DNA of 64,000 nt from Longimicrobiales bacterium (GCA_965238005.1 OZ250165.1:96001-160000), one strand, 5' to 3'. Positions 18,204 to 28,316 are shown, counted from the stretch's first letter. Notes: generated from the letters alone by a model not told the origin. Numbers and translations: made by a program.

Positions 18204-19559
18204 CTAGAGGCCAAAGCGTTCTACGTAGCGGGCGAGGCGAGAGCGGGAGATCCCGAGCAGCCTGGCCGCTTCCGTCTTGTTTGCACCCGTGCTCTCCAGC
18301 ACCCGACGAATCTGACGCTCGATGGCTCCGTCCAGGGTCATGTCACCCTCTCTGGCGGGTGCCACCTGGGCCTTCGGCGGGCAACCATCCCCCGACAGAC
18401 CAAGGGCCAGATGCTCCGGACCCACGACAGAACCCCGCGCGACGATGGCGGCTCTGGTGAGAGCGTTTTCGAGCTCACGCACGTTGCCCGGCCAGTCGTA
18501 AGCCATCAGCTCTCCCATCGCCGTTCCCGAGATTCGTCGCACCTCACTGCCTGTCTCGTTGCGGATGCGGCCCAGGAGATGGTTAGCCAGCAGAGGGATG
18601 TCGTCCTTTCGATAACGCAGGCTCGGAACTTCGATCTCAACGACTCGTAGCCGGAAGTACAGATCCTCACGGAAGCCGCCCTCCGTCACCAGCTCTTCCA
18701 TGGGCTGGTGTGTGGCTGCAACCACCCTGGCCTCCGTCCGTTTCGCCTGCTCGCCTCCCACGGGATAGAACTGTCGCTCCTGGAGCACCCGTAGGAGCTT
18801 CGACTGGAAGTCGGGTGAGGTGTCGCCGATCTCGTCCAGGAAGATGGTCCCCCGCCCCGCCAGCTCGAAATAGCCCTTCCTCCCCCCGACCGCCCCCGTG
18901 AAGGCACCTCGCACGTGCCCGAACAGCTCCGACTCCAGCAGGGTGTCCGTCAGCGCCGTGCAGTTCACCGCGATGAAGGGCTCACTCGAGTGGAGCGAGT
19001 GGTCGTGAACGGCACGAGCCACCAGCTCCTTGCCCGTGCCGGTCTCGCCCCGAACGAGGACGGTGGCCCGGTTCCGCGAGAGGACACCGATCATCTTGTA
19101 GATCTCGATCATCCTCGGGTCACGGCCGACCACGGTGCCGGCCCCCACTCCGTCGGCCAACTCGGCCTCCGGCTCCTCTGCCCAGGCCCGGATCAGCTCC
19201 TGCTCAGCCAGGCAGCGCTCGACGACCGACTCGAGCTCCTTCAGGCCCACGGGCTTCACGAGGTAGTCGAACGCCCCGGACTTCATGGCCTCGACGGCCG
19301 AGGTCATGGAGTCGTGGCCCGTCATCACGATGACATCCACGCCGGTCATGGACTCTCGGATCCTGTTGAGGAGCTCCAGTCCGGTCATCCCGTCCATACG
19401 CACATCCGTGATGACCACGGCGGGATCGAACGCCTTGACCTTACCGAGGGCAGCCTCGGCACTCTCGGCTTCATCCAGCTCGTAGCCCGAATGCTCGAGC
19501 TTGGTCCTGAAGACCGAGCGGGTGTCGGCGTCGTCGTCGACGAGCAGGATACGAGACAA
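18204..19559 (-). CDS. Sigma54-dependent response regulator (NtrC/AtoC family)
   Basis: REC domain ILLVDDD, GETGTGKE, GAFTGA, FLDEIG, WPGNVREL, Fis HTH; TTG start with AGAGG RBS. Confidence 0.93.
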   Translation of the reverse strand: MSRILLVDDDADTRSVFRTKLEHSGYELDEAESAEAALGKVKAFDPAVVITDVRMDGMTGLELLNRIRESMTGVDVIVMTGHDSMTSAVEAMKSGAFDYLVKPVGLKELESVVERCLAEQELIRAWAEEPEAELADGVGAGTVVGRDPRMIEIYKMIGVLSRNRATVLVRGETGTGKELVARAVHDHSLHSSEPFIAVNCTALTDTLLESELFGHVRGAFTGAVGGRKGYFELAGRGTIFLDEIGDTSPDFQSKLLRVLQERQFYPVGGEQAKRTEARVVAATHQPMEELVTEGGFREDLYFRLRVVEIEVPSLRYRKDDIPLLANHLLGRIRNETGSEVRRISGTAMGELMAYDWPGNVRELENALTRAAIVARGSVVGPEHLALGLSGDGCPPKAQVAPAREGDMTLDGAIERQIRRVLESTGANKTEAARLLGISRSRLARYVERFGL

Positions 19560-19596
19560 TGGTGTCCTCTTTGGTGCGTGGAGGCGTCGGATAGTC

Positions 19597-20556
19597 TTAC
19601 TCCGACCCGTCGGGGTCGGGTCCAAGCACGTCCGCGCCCGACGGGTCGTCGAGCCAGAAGCTCGGCTGGTCGGGAATGTCCTGAGCCCTTAGGCGAGCCA
19701 GGCGCTCTCGCCTGGCTCGCCTACGGATTCCCACCATGGCAACCAGAGCCAGGCTCAGGAACATCCAGAACACGGCCGAGTGGGAGAGGACGAACAGCCA
19801 GCCGTACCGGCCCTCGACATAACGCCGCCAGTCCTCCTCGAATTGAGCGGTAGTGACACCATAGGTGGATCGAAACGCCCGCTCGAAGTTGCCGGCTTCC
19901 TTCCACCGCCTGAGCAAGACCTCCAGCGCACGGGGGCTGCTCTGCACGACCAGGTACTCGATGGTCGTGGCGGAAAGGAGGTAGGCCGTCTGGGCCCTCG
20001 CCGGGTCCCGGGGCCACGAGAGATCGAGAGAGTCCAGCGGGTTCCGGTCCCTGGCCAGGGCCACCCTGAGCTTCCAGCCCTCCGACCAGTCCCACCCGCC
20101 ACTGGCCCACTGGGCATAGCCCTCGGAGAACCATCGGGGTACGCGGAGCCCCTGCAGGTACTGGTGCAGGCCGATGTGCGCCCACTCGTGGCGGAGAACC
20201 TGGGTGTCGCTCCAGCCGCGCCCCCGTGCGGACACGTAGGCTGGCATGACGATGGTCGCTTGGGCCGGGAGGGCGACCCCCGCACCCCAGTCGGGGACCT
20301 GCCCACCCGTGAGTCGCTCGAACGCGGACTCATCGGGTGCCAGGAGCACGAGAACCCCGGTGGGCACGTCGGGTGGAAGCCCCGGCAATGAGGGAGGAGC
20401 CTCCAAAGCCGCGAGCACGCGCACCGCTTTGCCCGAGTCGGGCGCCATGAAGTAGACGGTGGCGTGGGTTCCCTCGAGTTGGCCGCCACCGGCGAGCGTC
20501 TGTCTGAGAGGGTCCTGCCCGATCCCGAGGAGTAGGACCAGGAGCCCGGGAATCAC
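19597..20556 (-). CDS. Peptidase MA-like (gluzincin) protein with signal peptide and C-terminal TM
   Basis: LRHEWAH...PRWFSEGYA; GTG start overlaps upstream stop. Confidence 0.75.
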   Translation of the reverse strand: MIPGLLVLLLGIGQDPLRQTLAGGGQLEGTHATVYFMAPDSGKAVRVLAALEAPPSLPGLPPDVPTGVLVLLAPDESAFERLTGGQVPDWGAGVALPAQATIVMPAYVSARGRGWSDTQVLRHEWAHIGLHQYLQGLRVPRWFSEGYAQWASGGWDWSEGWKLRVALARDRNPLDSLDLSWPRDPARAQTAYLLSATTIEYLVVQSSPRALEVLLRRWKEAGNFERAFRSTYGVTTAQFEEDWRRYVEGRYGWLFVLSHSAVFWMFLSLALVAMVGIRRRARRERLARLRAQDIPDQPSFWLDDPSGADVLGPDPDGSE

Positions 20557-22181
20557 GCGCCGGCGGACGCTCCGAGCTGGTCGAGCTTGCTCTGAAGCGT
20601 GTGGTTCTCCGGGTTGAGCTCCAAGGCACGCCGCCACATGGCCCCTGCCTCGGCAGTCTCGGAGTTCTCGAGCGCGATGGCCCCGAGCTTGATGTAGACA
20701 TCGTCTCCGAGGCGCGGGTCCGCCTTCACCGCAAGCTCGTACTGAGTCTTCGCCCGTGCCTTGTCTCCGCGGCGGAGGGCCTGGTCACCCAGCGCCTTGT
20801 GTGCCTGTGGCACCACCGGCTTCCGCTTGATAGCCCGCTCGTAGTAGGCCTCGGCCGCCTCTTTCTCTCCACGGTGCTCCAGCACGGCCCCGGTGTTGAC
20901 CAGGATCGCCCCGTCATCGGGGTATTGTTTCAGCCCCTCGCGACCGATCTCCACGGCGCGGTCCATGTCGCCGGCGATGCCGGCCGCCAGCACCGAGAAG
21001 GCGAAGAACATGGGCGACAGGGTCCCCGACAGGGTCCCCTCTCCGACCTTGTCCTGATAGCCCTTGAAAGAGCCCATGGCGGCGGCTCCGTCACCGGACT
21101 TCAACTTCACGATTCCGCGGGCAAGAAGAAGGCCGGGATCGTCCGCGTTCAGCTTCTCGGCCTCCGCGAGGGCGGCGAGCGCCTCGTCGTAACTCCCGAT
21201 AATCTCGAGCGCCAGTGCGCGGTTGCGGTGCAGGGCGTACGTCATCTCCGCAGCCTCGCCCATCTCGTCGAAGTGCACGCTGGCTTCCTGCGCCCGACCC
21301 GCTTTCAGGCTGATGAGGCCGAGGTAAGCCCGAGCCTGCGGATGGTTGGCATCCAGCTCGAGGGTCTTCCTGAACTCCCGAATGGAGTCCTCCATCAGCC
21401 CGGACCGGTAGAACGCCAAGCCGAGGTTCAGGTGCTCCTCCACGGAGCCTTTGGCCTGCGACTCCGCGGCCCGCTTGCCGACTTGGACGGCGAAGCCCGC
21501 TTGTATGAGCCCGTACAGCGCTTTACCCGTGTCGAACTCCACCAACCCGGACTGGTCCACGAGATCGGTCACCGAGCGCTTTCCGTCGATGAGCGGAATG
21601 ATCCGCTGCTGTGCTTCCGTGAGGTCGATCCCTTCCTCCTCCAGGGGGTCCCGCTCCAGGCCGAAGACCAGGTCCATGGACGAGATCTTCCTTTCGATGA
21701 GGCTCCATTCGTCGACGCGACGGGCTCCCTCCATCAGGAGAGCGTCGATGCTGATGGACACCAGCATCAGGTTCTCCTCCGGCCTGACGTCGGGCTGGAA
21801 CTGGAAGGTGCCCTGGTTCCACTGGAAGACTTGGTAGACGGCCTCTTCGATCTGTATGGAGATGTACTTGTCGAGATCCTCTTGAGAGAGGGCTCCACTC
21901 TCCACCAGCAGCTCGCCCAGCTTCTTCCCCCGTTCGTGGGCCTGCGTATCCATGGCCGCCGAGAGCTGATCCCGGTCGATTACCTCGTTCTTCACCAGGA
22001 GATCGCCGAGGCGGTCCGGGCGGTTCACCATGGACGCGTAGACGACCCGACCGTCCTCGAAGTAGATGTGGCCGAAGTTGGCTTGGTCCGTCAGTGACAG
22101 GCAGCCCGTCTTTCCCCCCATGGCCAGAAGCTGGGAGATGTCGGCCAAGCTGACGTCTTTGAGAGAGCCTTCGATCGCCAT
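20553..22181 (-). CDS. DUF4388 (PatA_N-like) + TPR protein
   Basis: MAIEGSLKDVSLADISQLL...KTGCLSL, WNQGTFQF, LLMEGARRVDEW, several TPR-like helices. Confidence 0.85.
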   Translation of the reverse strand: MAIEGSLKDVSLADISQLLAMGGKTGCLSLTDQANFGHIYFEDGRVVYASMVNRPDRLGDLLVKNEVIDRDQLSAAMDTQAHERGKKLGELLVESGALSQEDLDKYISIQIEEAVYQVFQWNQGTFQFQPDVRPEENLMLVSISIDALLMEGARRVDEWSLIERKISSMDLVFGLERDPLEEEGIDLTEAQQRIIPLIDGKRSVTDLVDQSGLVEFDTGKALYGLIQAGFAVQVGKRAAESQAKGSVEEHLNLGLAFYRSGLMEDSIREFRKTLELDANHPQARAYLGLISLKAGRAQEASVHFDEMGEAAEMTYALHRNRALALEIIGSYDEALAALAEAEKLNADDPGLLLARGIVKLKSGDGAAAMGSFKGYQDKVGEGTLSGTLSPMFFAFSVLAAGIAGDMDRAVEIGREGLKQYPDDGAILVNTGAVLEHRGEKEAAEAYYERAIKRKPVVPQAHKALGDQALRRGDKARAKTQYELAVKADPRLGDDVYIKLGAIALENSETAEAGAMWRRALELNPENHTLQSKLDQLGASAGA

Positions 22182-22187
22182 ACTGTC

Positions 22188-23372
22188 TTACGCTTCCTCT
22201 TCGACTTCCACGATGCGGTCCTCGATGACCGCCCAGTCCCAGACCACGTTTTCCCTCGATGGTTGCCACGGAGTACCCGGATCGACGGTCGCTGGCGCCA
22301 CCGGCGCCGCCTCCTGTGGCTCGGCCATAGGCCCCTCGTGCTCCATGATGATCATGCCGCCCCGATCACCCATGTCGAGCTCCTCGAGGGGGGGCACGAC
22401 CACTTCGCCGACCTTGGGCCGAAGGAACCCGGACCACAGGTCCTCGTCCTGGATGTACTCCGGCGGTGCCTCCTCGAGGTTCAGCGTCTCCGCTCCGGGC
22501 GGTAGCGACTCGGGCGTCGCCTCCACCACTAGACCCATCTCGAAGCGGGAGCTCAGGCGATCGTCGATACCGCTGATCCCCGAGGGCTCCCGATCCGCCG
22601 TAATGAGGATCTTGGCTCCCTTCCGCTTGGACGCCTCGAACAGGTGGAAGAACTCGTCCTGAGCCCGCTCTGTGTCGGAGAGTTCCTGGGCATCGTACAC
22701 CAGGAGGAGATCGACACCCCACCAGCGCTCTCTCCAGGCTCCCGCCACGCCCTCGGAGAGAGCCCGTATGAAGTCCTTCGAGAACTCTTGGGCGGATACG
22801 ATGGCGACGTTGCTGAGCTTGTCGTGCTCCCTGAACGACCGGGCCGTGGCAGCAAGCAAAGCCAAGGGGCCGTCAGGCTGTGGACTCCACAGGAACAGCG
22901 GGTTGTACTCCGGACGCTCTTCCGTGACCAGCTGCTCGGCGGCCTTAAGCGCCACGGCGGGGTAGTGGTCCGTCAGATCCTCCAGGAGGGGTCCCTCGCC
23001 GATCAGCGGGAAGGGACGTACTCGCTCCACTGCCGAAGCCAGCAGGGATTCGGCCTCATCCAGTCGTTCCGGGTCCTTCAAGAGGCCGACGGCGGCCTCC
23101 GGCCACGGATTCCCGACACGGTCGAGGGACTTGGCGATCTGGCGTAGCCGTGTGATGTCCCGCCGGAACTCATCGGCGACCGCCTGTGGATCGGGAGGCG
23201 ACTCGTCGGATTCGAGGAGGAACCGCAGCCGAGTCCCGGAGTAATCGTCTTTCTCGAAGGTCTCCGCCGTCTCCCTGAGCAACCTCCTCCACGGGGCCTC
23301 CTCTCGCTCCACCTTCGTGGCCACTGTCTGGCTCAGCTCCTCCATGAACGAGCCGAACTCGTCCAGGAGCTG
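22188..23372 (-). CDS. DnaA/Hda-like protein, C-terminal part with degenerate AAA+ domain
   Basis: YNPLFLW, AQDEFFHLFE, DDRLSSRFEMGL; Walker A lost; frame open upstream of M23345 (LQQLLDEFGSF). Confidence 0.7.
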   Translation of the reverse strand, partial: QLLDEFGSFMEELSQTVATKVEREEAPWRRLLRETAETFEKDDYSGTRLRFLLESDESPPDPQAVADEFRRDITRLRQIAKSLDRVGNPWPEAAVGLLKDPERLDEAESLLASAVERVRPFPLIGEGPLLEDLTDHYPAVALKAAEQLVTEERPEYNPLFLWSPQPDGPLALLAATARSFREHDKLSNVAIVSAQEFSKDFIRALSEGVAGAWRERWWGVDLLLVYDAQELSDTERAQDEFFHLFEASKRKGAKILITADREPSGISGIDDRLSSRFEMGLVVEATPESLPPGAETLNLEEAPPEYIQDEDLWSGFLRPKVGEVVVPPLEELDMGDRGGMIIMEHEGPMAEPQEAAPVAPATVDPGTPWQPSRENVVWDWAVIEDRIVEVEEEA

Positions 23373-24121
23373 CTGGAGCCCTCACTCGCCGGCTCAGTCT
23401 GATGAAGGCCCGGCATGCCCTTGACTTCCTCGACCGTGACTTGCCGGCCCTCGAGCTCCTGGATCGCCAGCACCTTGTTCAGGGCGCCGGCGAGCTCACG
23501 GACGCTCTTGAAGCTGTACTTGGCCAGCGCCTCGGCCACCCCGGCCTCAAAGGTCTGACCACGCTCCTCCGCCTTCTTCCTGAGGATCGCGACCCTGGTT
23601 TCGTACTCCGGAGCCCCGATGTCGACGATCAAGCCCCCGGAGAACCGTGTGACCAGACGCTCGTCGAGACCGTCGATGTCCGAGGGTGGGCGATCGCTGG
23701 CCAGGACGATCTGGCCGCCGGATGCGCTGAGCTGGTCGAGGAGGCGCAGGAGCATCTCCTGAGCTTCCTTCTGTCCGGTGAGGAACTGCACGTCGTCGAG
23801 GAGCAGGATGTGAAGCTCCTCGTACCGCTCCCTCAGCTCGTCCTGAGCGCCCGCCTCGAGGGCCCGCGTCAACTCGTCGAGAAAGACCTCGACGGCCAGG
23901 TAGACCACGCCGTACTCCGGGTGGACCCTGGTGGCGTAATGGGCTATACCGCTGAGAATGTGGCTCTTGCCGAGGCCAGAACCGGAATAGATGAACAGTG
24001 GATTGTACGATGTCCCGGGAGCGTCGGCTGCCCGCCGCGCTGCTGCAGACGCGAGCCGATTCGCAGGGCCCACCACGAAGCTGTCGAAGGTGAACCTCGG
24101 ATCCAGATCCGTCGCTACCAC
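23333..24121 (-). CDS. DnaA/Hda-like protein, N-terminal intact AAA+ domain; probable frameshift into downstream ORF
   Basis: FTFDSFVVGPANR, YNPLFIYSGSGLGKSH, LLLDDVQFL, SDRPP, RLVTRF, SVRELAGAL; no domain I or IV. Confidence 0.8.
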   Translation of the reverse strand: MVATDLDPRFTFDSFVVGPANRLASAAARRAADAPGTSYNPLFIYSGSGLGKSHILSGIAHYATRVHPEYGVVYLAVEVFLDELTRALEAGAQDELRERYEELHILLLDDVQFLTGQKEAQEMLLRLLDQLSASGGQIVLASDRPPSDIDGLDERLVTRFSGGLIVDIGAPEYETRVAILRKKAEERGQTFEAGVAEALAKYSFKSVRELAGALNKVLAIQELEGRQVTVEEVKGMPGLHQTEPASEGSSSSWTSSARSWRS

Positions 24122-24140
24122 CGGCTCATACCTGCCTCGC

Positions 24141-25106
24141 TCATAGTCCCTCTTCCGATCGTGCCCACTCGGCGCACGAGCTCAAGTCCTCTGGGAGCGG
24201 TGCCTCGAAGCGAAGCATCTCCTCGCTGACCGGATGTCGGAAGGAGAGCCGCCACGCGTGTAAGAACTGTCTCGATACCCGCTCGCTCAGCAATTGGGCC
24301 CAACGGCGCCCTCTTCCACCCATCCCTCGCTCCCAACCCACTCCGTACACGGGATCCCCGACAACGGGATGCCCGATGTGGGCAAGGTGAACCCTGATCT
24401 GGTGTGTCCTGCCTGTCTCGAGCGCGACCTCCAAGAGCTCCGCACCCGGCCAACGCTCGACAACCCGAAAGCGGGTGACTGCATGCCGCCCGCCTTCCAG
24501 AACCGCCATGCGCTGCCGGTTGGCCCGATCCCGGCCCACCGGCGCCTCCACCTCGAGCGGCGACTCGGAGAGATGCCCCCAGGAAGCCGCTTGATAGAGA
24601 CGGTTAATCTCACGCCGTTGGAGCGCTTCGGAAAGGGCATGATGTGCACGGTCGGTCTTGGCCACCACCATGAGTCCCGACGTGTCCTTGTCCAGGCGGT
24701 GAACAATGCCCGGCCGGAGCTTTCCACCGATGCCGGAGAGGTCGGTGGCGTGGGCCAACAGGGCATTGACCAACGTGCCTGTCGAGTGTCCCGGGCTGGG
24801 ATGAACCACCATCCCGGCCGACTTGTTCACCACCAGCACCGATGGGTCCTCGAAGAAGATGTCGAGAGGAATGTCCTCGGGCTCAACCGTCAACGGCTCG
24901 GGCACCGGTACGTGAACCTCGATCTCCTGGCCGACCTCGAGCCGCTCCGACTTCCGGGCCACCTGGCCATTCAGGAGTACGCGCCCGTCCTCGACCAGCG
25001 CCTGCACCCGGGTCCGCGACAGGTCCAGATGACCCGCCACGTACGCGTCGAGCCGATCGCCTTCCCGATCTACGGTCAAGATCTCGATGCGCTCCTCGGC
25101 GGTCAT
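24141..25106 (-). CDS. rluD: RluA/RluD-family pseudouridine synthase
   Basis: S4 domain, RPGIVHRLDKDTSG, TGRTHQIRVH, QFLHA. Confidence 0.9.
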   Translation of the reverse strand: MTAEERIEILTVDREGDRLDAYVAGHLDLSRTRVQALVEDGRVLLNGQVARKSERLEVGQEIEVHVPVPEPLTVEPEDIPLDIFFEDPSVLVVNKSAGMVVHPSPGHSTGTLVNALLAHATDLSGIGGKLRPGIVHRLDKDTSGLMVVAKTDRAHHALSEALQRREINRLYQAASWGHLSESPLEVEAPVGRDRANRQRMAVLEGGRHAVTRFRVVERWPGAELLEVALETGRTHQIRVHLAHIGHPVVGDPVYGVGWERGMGGRGRRWAQLLSERVSRQFLHAWRLSFRHPVSEEMLRFEAPLPEDLSSCAEWARSEEGL

Positions 25107-28100
25107 TCAGTCCGGTGCCCCGGCGACGATGGGACCACCCGCAGTGTCGACTTCCACTTCTCGGTTGAGAGCGATGACCGCGGCAAGGTCATCGATCTGG
25201 ACGTTCGACGCCGCGTCATAGCCTTCCACGTCACCTTCGGCACTCCCGATAGCCAGCTGGACCGACAGCGTCTCTCCGCAGATAAAATCCCGGTAGTCGT
25301 CGGCCGCGGCCTGGATCTCGTCCGGCCCGAAGATGGCCAGTCGAATCCGGTCGGTGATCTCCAGACCGCCCTCTCTACGCAGGCGCTGAATGCGGTTGAC
25401 AAGCTCTCTGGCCAGTCCCTCCGCACGGAGATCGTCGTCGAGAACGGGATCTAATGCCGCGGTGTAGCCTCCCTCGGAGCGCACCACGAGCTCGCCCTTC
25501 GACTCTTCGGTCACCTCGAGGTCCCCGGCCCCGAGGTGTGTAGTTCGTCCCGCCACCTCGATGGAGACCGGCTCTCCGCTCCGGTACGCTTCCAGAGCGG
25601 CCGGTGGGAGGCTCCGGATCGAAGCGGCCGCGAGCTCGGTGTCCTTCTGGAAGCGAGGGCTGAGGGCCTTGTAGTTGGGCTTCGCGACCAGAGAGACCAA
25701 CCCCTCGGCGGAGGCCAGAAAGTCCACCTCCTTCACATTGAGCTCGTCCCTCAGGAGGCCCAGGATCTCGAGGCGGATCTCCAGGTCACCCGGAACTACG
25801 GCCAAGAGCCTCTGGAGCGGCTGCCGCACGCGGATCTTGACCTCCTCACGAGCCGCCCGGCCCAGGGAGACCATGGCACGGACCGCCTCCATCTCGTCCT
25901 CGAGGGTCCGGTCGCTCCCGTCGACATCCGCATCAGGAAAGGACTCCAGGTGAACGCTCCTTCCCGTGAGCCCATGGTGAATCCAGTCGGCCGCGAACGG
26001 CGTCGCCGGCGCCGCCAGGAGGCAGACCGTGCGGAGCGCCTCCCAGAGCGTCCGGAACGCGGCCCGCGCGTCCGAGTCGTCCGTGTTTCCCCAGAACCGG
26101 GGGCGCGATCGGCGCACGTACCAGTTCGAGAGTTCATGGCTCACGAACTCCCCCAGGGTCCGGTAGGCACGGGTGATCTGGTACGAGTCCAACTCCTCGC
26201 GAACCTCGGCCACCACGGACATCAGGCGTGAGAGAAGCCAGCGGTCCAGGAGGCTGCGGTCACCCGGCACCGGATCGTCGTCCGATGGTGCCCAGTCCTC
26301 GGCGTTGGCGTAGAGGCTGAAGAACCGGTAGGTGTTGAAGAGGGTGTCCAGGAACTTGCGGGAGATCTCCTGGACCGCCACCGGATCGTACCGCTTCGGG
26401 ACCCAGGGGTTGCTGGCCGTGATGAAGTACCAGCGGATGCCGTCGGCCCCATGATCGCCGATGGCGTCCCAAGGATCGACCGTATTCCCCCGGGACTTGG
26501 ACATCTTCTGGCCCTCGGCGTCGAGGATCAGATCGTTGACGATCACGTTCCTGAAGGGAGGCCCCTTCTCCAGCATGGTTGAGATGGCGAGAAGCGAATA
26601 GAACCAGCCCCGGGTCTGGTCGAGCCCTTCACAGATGAAGTCGGCCGGAAAGTGCCGCTCGAACTCGTCTTCGTTCTCGAAGGGGTAGTGCCATTGTGCG
26701 TAGGGCATCGACCCTGAGTCGAACCAGGCGTCGACCACCTCGGGCGCCTTTCGCATGGTGCCGTCACACTGGGCACAGCTCCACGTGAACTCGTCGATGT
26801 ACGGGCGGTGCGGATCGAAGTCCTCGCCCAGAGGACCGGCGCGCTCCTCGAGCTCTATGAAGCTGCCGATCCACTCCAGGTGGTCCTCCTGGGCGTCACA
26901 CACCCAGACCGGAAGCGGAGTGCCCCAGTAGCGATCCCGCGAGAGAGCCCAGTCCACGTTGCCCTTGAGCCACTCTCCCATCCGTCCTTCGCCCACGTCC
27001 GGAGGGAACCAGTTCGCGGCGTCGTTGTTCGCGAGCATCTCGTCCTTGAGCGTGGACGTTGCGGCGAACCAGGAGTTCCTGGCGATGTAGAGGAGGGGCG
27101 ACTCACACCTCCAGCAGTGTGGGTACGAGTGAACCTCGGTGTCGCAACGGAACAGGTTCCCTCTCTTGTCGAGGGCCTCCACCAACGCCGGATCGGCGTC
27201 CTTCACGAATACGCCCCCGACGAGCTCCACGTCGGGTAGGAAGCGCCCGGCCTCGTCGATGGGCTTGAGCATGGGCAGGCCGTGGCGCTGTCCCGCCGCA
27301 TAGTCGTCGGACCCGAAGGCCGGGGCCATGTGCACGATGCCCGTCCCGTCCTCCGAGCTGACGAAGTCCTCGTTGACGACGGTCCAGCCGTTTTGCGGGT
27401 CGGCGGGCATGGCCACGACCTCGAGGGGACGCGCGTACCGGCCTCCTGCCAGCTCGGTGCCCTTGTAGCGCCGCACCACATCGGCGCCCTCGCCCATCAC
27501 CGCTTCGAGTCGATTTTCCGCCAACACCAGAATCCGGCCGTCTCGCTTGACCTCCACGTACGTCAGGTTCGGGTGAACGGCGAGTCCCGTGTTCGAGGGG
27601 ACGGTCCACGGGGTGGTGGTCCACACCACGAAGGCTCTCCCCTCGGGATCGGGGTCACCGTCCGGCGTGAGCCACTGACAGAGGAAGTGGAGGGACGGGT
27701 CCTCGATGTCCCGGTAGCCCTGAGCCACCTCGTGGGAGCTGAGCGCGGTGCCGCAACGGGGGCAGTACGGAACGCTCTTGTATCCCTTGTAGAGAAGCCC
27801 ACGATCCGCCAACTGCTTGAGGATCCACCAGACGCTCTCCACGTAGCGCGGATGGAAGGTGACGTAGGGACGCGAGTAATCGAGCCAGTATCCGATGCGC
27901 TCGGACAGGTTCTCCCAATCCTCCTTGTAGGTGAACACCGAGCTCCGGCACGCCTCATTGAACTCCGCGATGCCCAGAGCCTCGATCTCGGGTTTACCAT
28001 TGATTCGCAGCCGCTTTTCGGCCTCGATCTCTATCGGCAGGCCGTGCGTGTCCCAGCCGGCGATTCGGGTGACGCTCCTGCCCTTCATGGTCCGAAACCG

Positions 28101-28304
28101 GCATACCAGGTCCTTGATGGTCCGGCTGATTATGTGGTGGAGGCCGGGCTTTCCGTTGGCCGTGGGCGGCCCCTCGAAGAACACGAACGGCTCGCCGTCC
28201 TTGGTCGCCTCGAGCGTCTGGCGGAAGAGATCCTCCGCCCGCCAACGGCCGAGGGTCTCCTCTTCGAGAGCGAGAAGTGTTTCGGGCATCTCCGGGTAGC
28301 GCAT
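25107..28304 (-). CDS. ileS: Isoleucine-tRNA ligase (type 2)
   Basis: EGPPTANGKPGLHH, GWDTHGLP, WTTTPWT, GTGIVHMAP, DQTRGWFY, KMSKS. Confidence 0.97.
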   Translation of the reverse strand: MRYPEMPETLLALEEETLGRWRAEDLFRQTLEATKDGEPFVFFEGPPTANGKPGLHHIISRTIKDLVCRFRTMKGRSVTRIAGWDTHGLPIEIEAEKRLRINGKPEIEALGIAEFNEACRSSVFTYKEDWENLSERIGYWLDYSRPYVTFHPRYVESVWWILKQLADRGLLYKGYKSVPYCPRCGTALSSHEVAQGYRDIEDPSLHFLCQWLTPDGDPDPEGRAFVVWTTTPWTVPSNTGLAVHPNLTYVEVKRDGRILVLAENRLEAVMGEGADVVRRYKGTELAGGRYARPLEVVAMPADPQNGWTVVNEDFVSSEDGTGIVHMAPAFGSDDYAAGQRHGLPMLKPIDEAGRFLPDVELVGGVFVKDADPALVEALDKRGNLFRCDTEVHSYPHCWRCESPLLYIARNSWFAATSTLKDEMLANNDAANWFPPDVGEGRMGEWLKGNVDWALSRDRYWGTPLPVWVCDAQEDHLEWIGSFIELEERAGPLGEDFDPHRPYIDEFTWSCAQCDGTMRKAPEVVDAWFDSGSMPYAQWHYPFENEDEFERHFPADFICEGLDQTRGWFYSLLAISTMLEKGPPFRNVIVNDLILDAEGQKMSKSRGNTVDPWDAIGDHGADGIRWYFITASNPWVPKRYDPVAVQEISRKFLDTLFNTYRFFSLYANAEDWAPSDDDPVPGDRSLLDRWLLSRLMSVVAEVREELDSYQITRAYRTLGEFVSHELSNWYVRRSRPRFWGNTDDSDARAAFRTLWEALRTVCLLAAPATPFAADWIHHGLTGRSVHLESFPDADVDGSDRTLEDEMEAVRAMVSLGRAAREEVKIRVRQPLQRLLAVVPGDLEIRLEILGLLRDELNVKEVDFLASAEGLVSLVAKPNYKALSPRFQKDTELAAASIRSLPPAALEAYRSGEPVSIEVAGRTTHLGAGDLEVTEESKGELVVRSEGGYTAALDPVLDDDLRAEGLARELVNRIQRLRREGGLEITDRIRLAIFGPDEIQAAADDYRDFICGETLSVQLAIGSAEGDVEGYDAASNVQIDDLAAVIALNREVEVDTAGGPIVAGAPD

Positions 28305-28316
28305 CGACTCGTGCCT

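Noticed and set aside
22188..24121. Canonical dnaA / oriC
   Set aside because: No domain IV, no dnaN neighbour and no TTATCCACA box cluster noticed.
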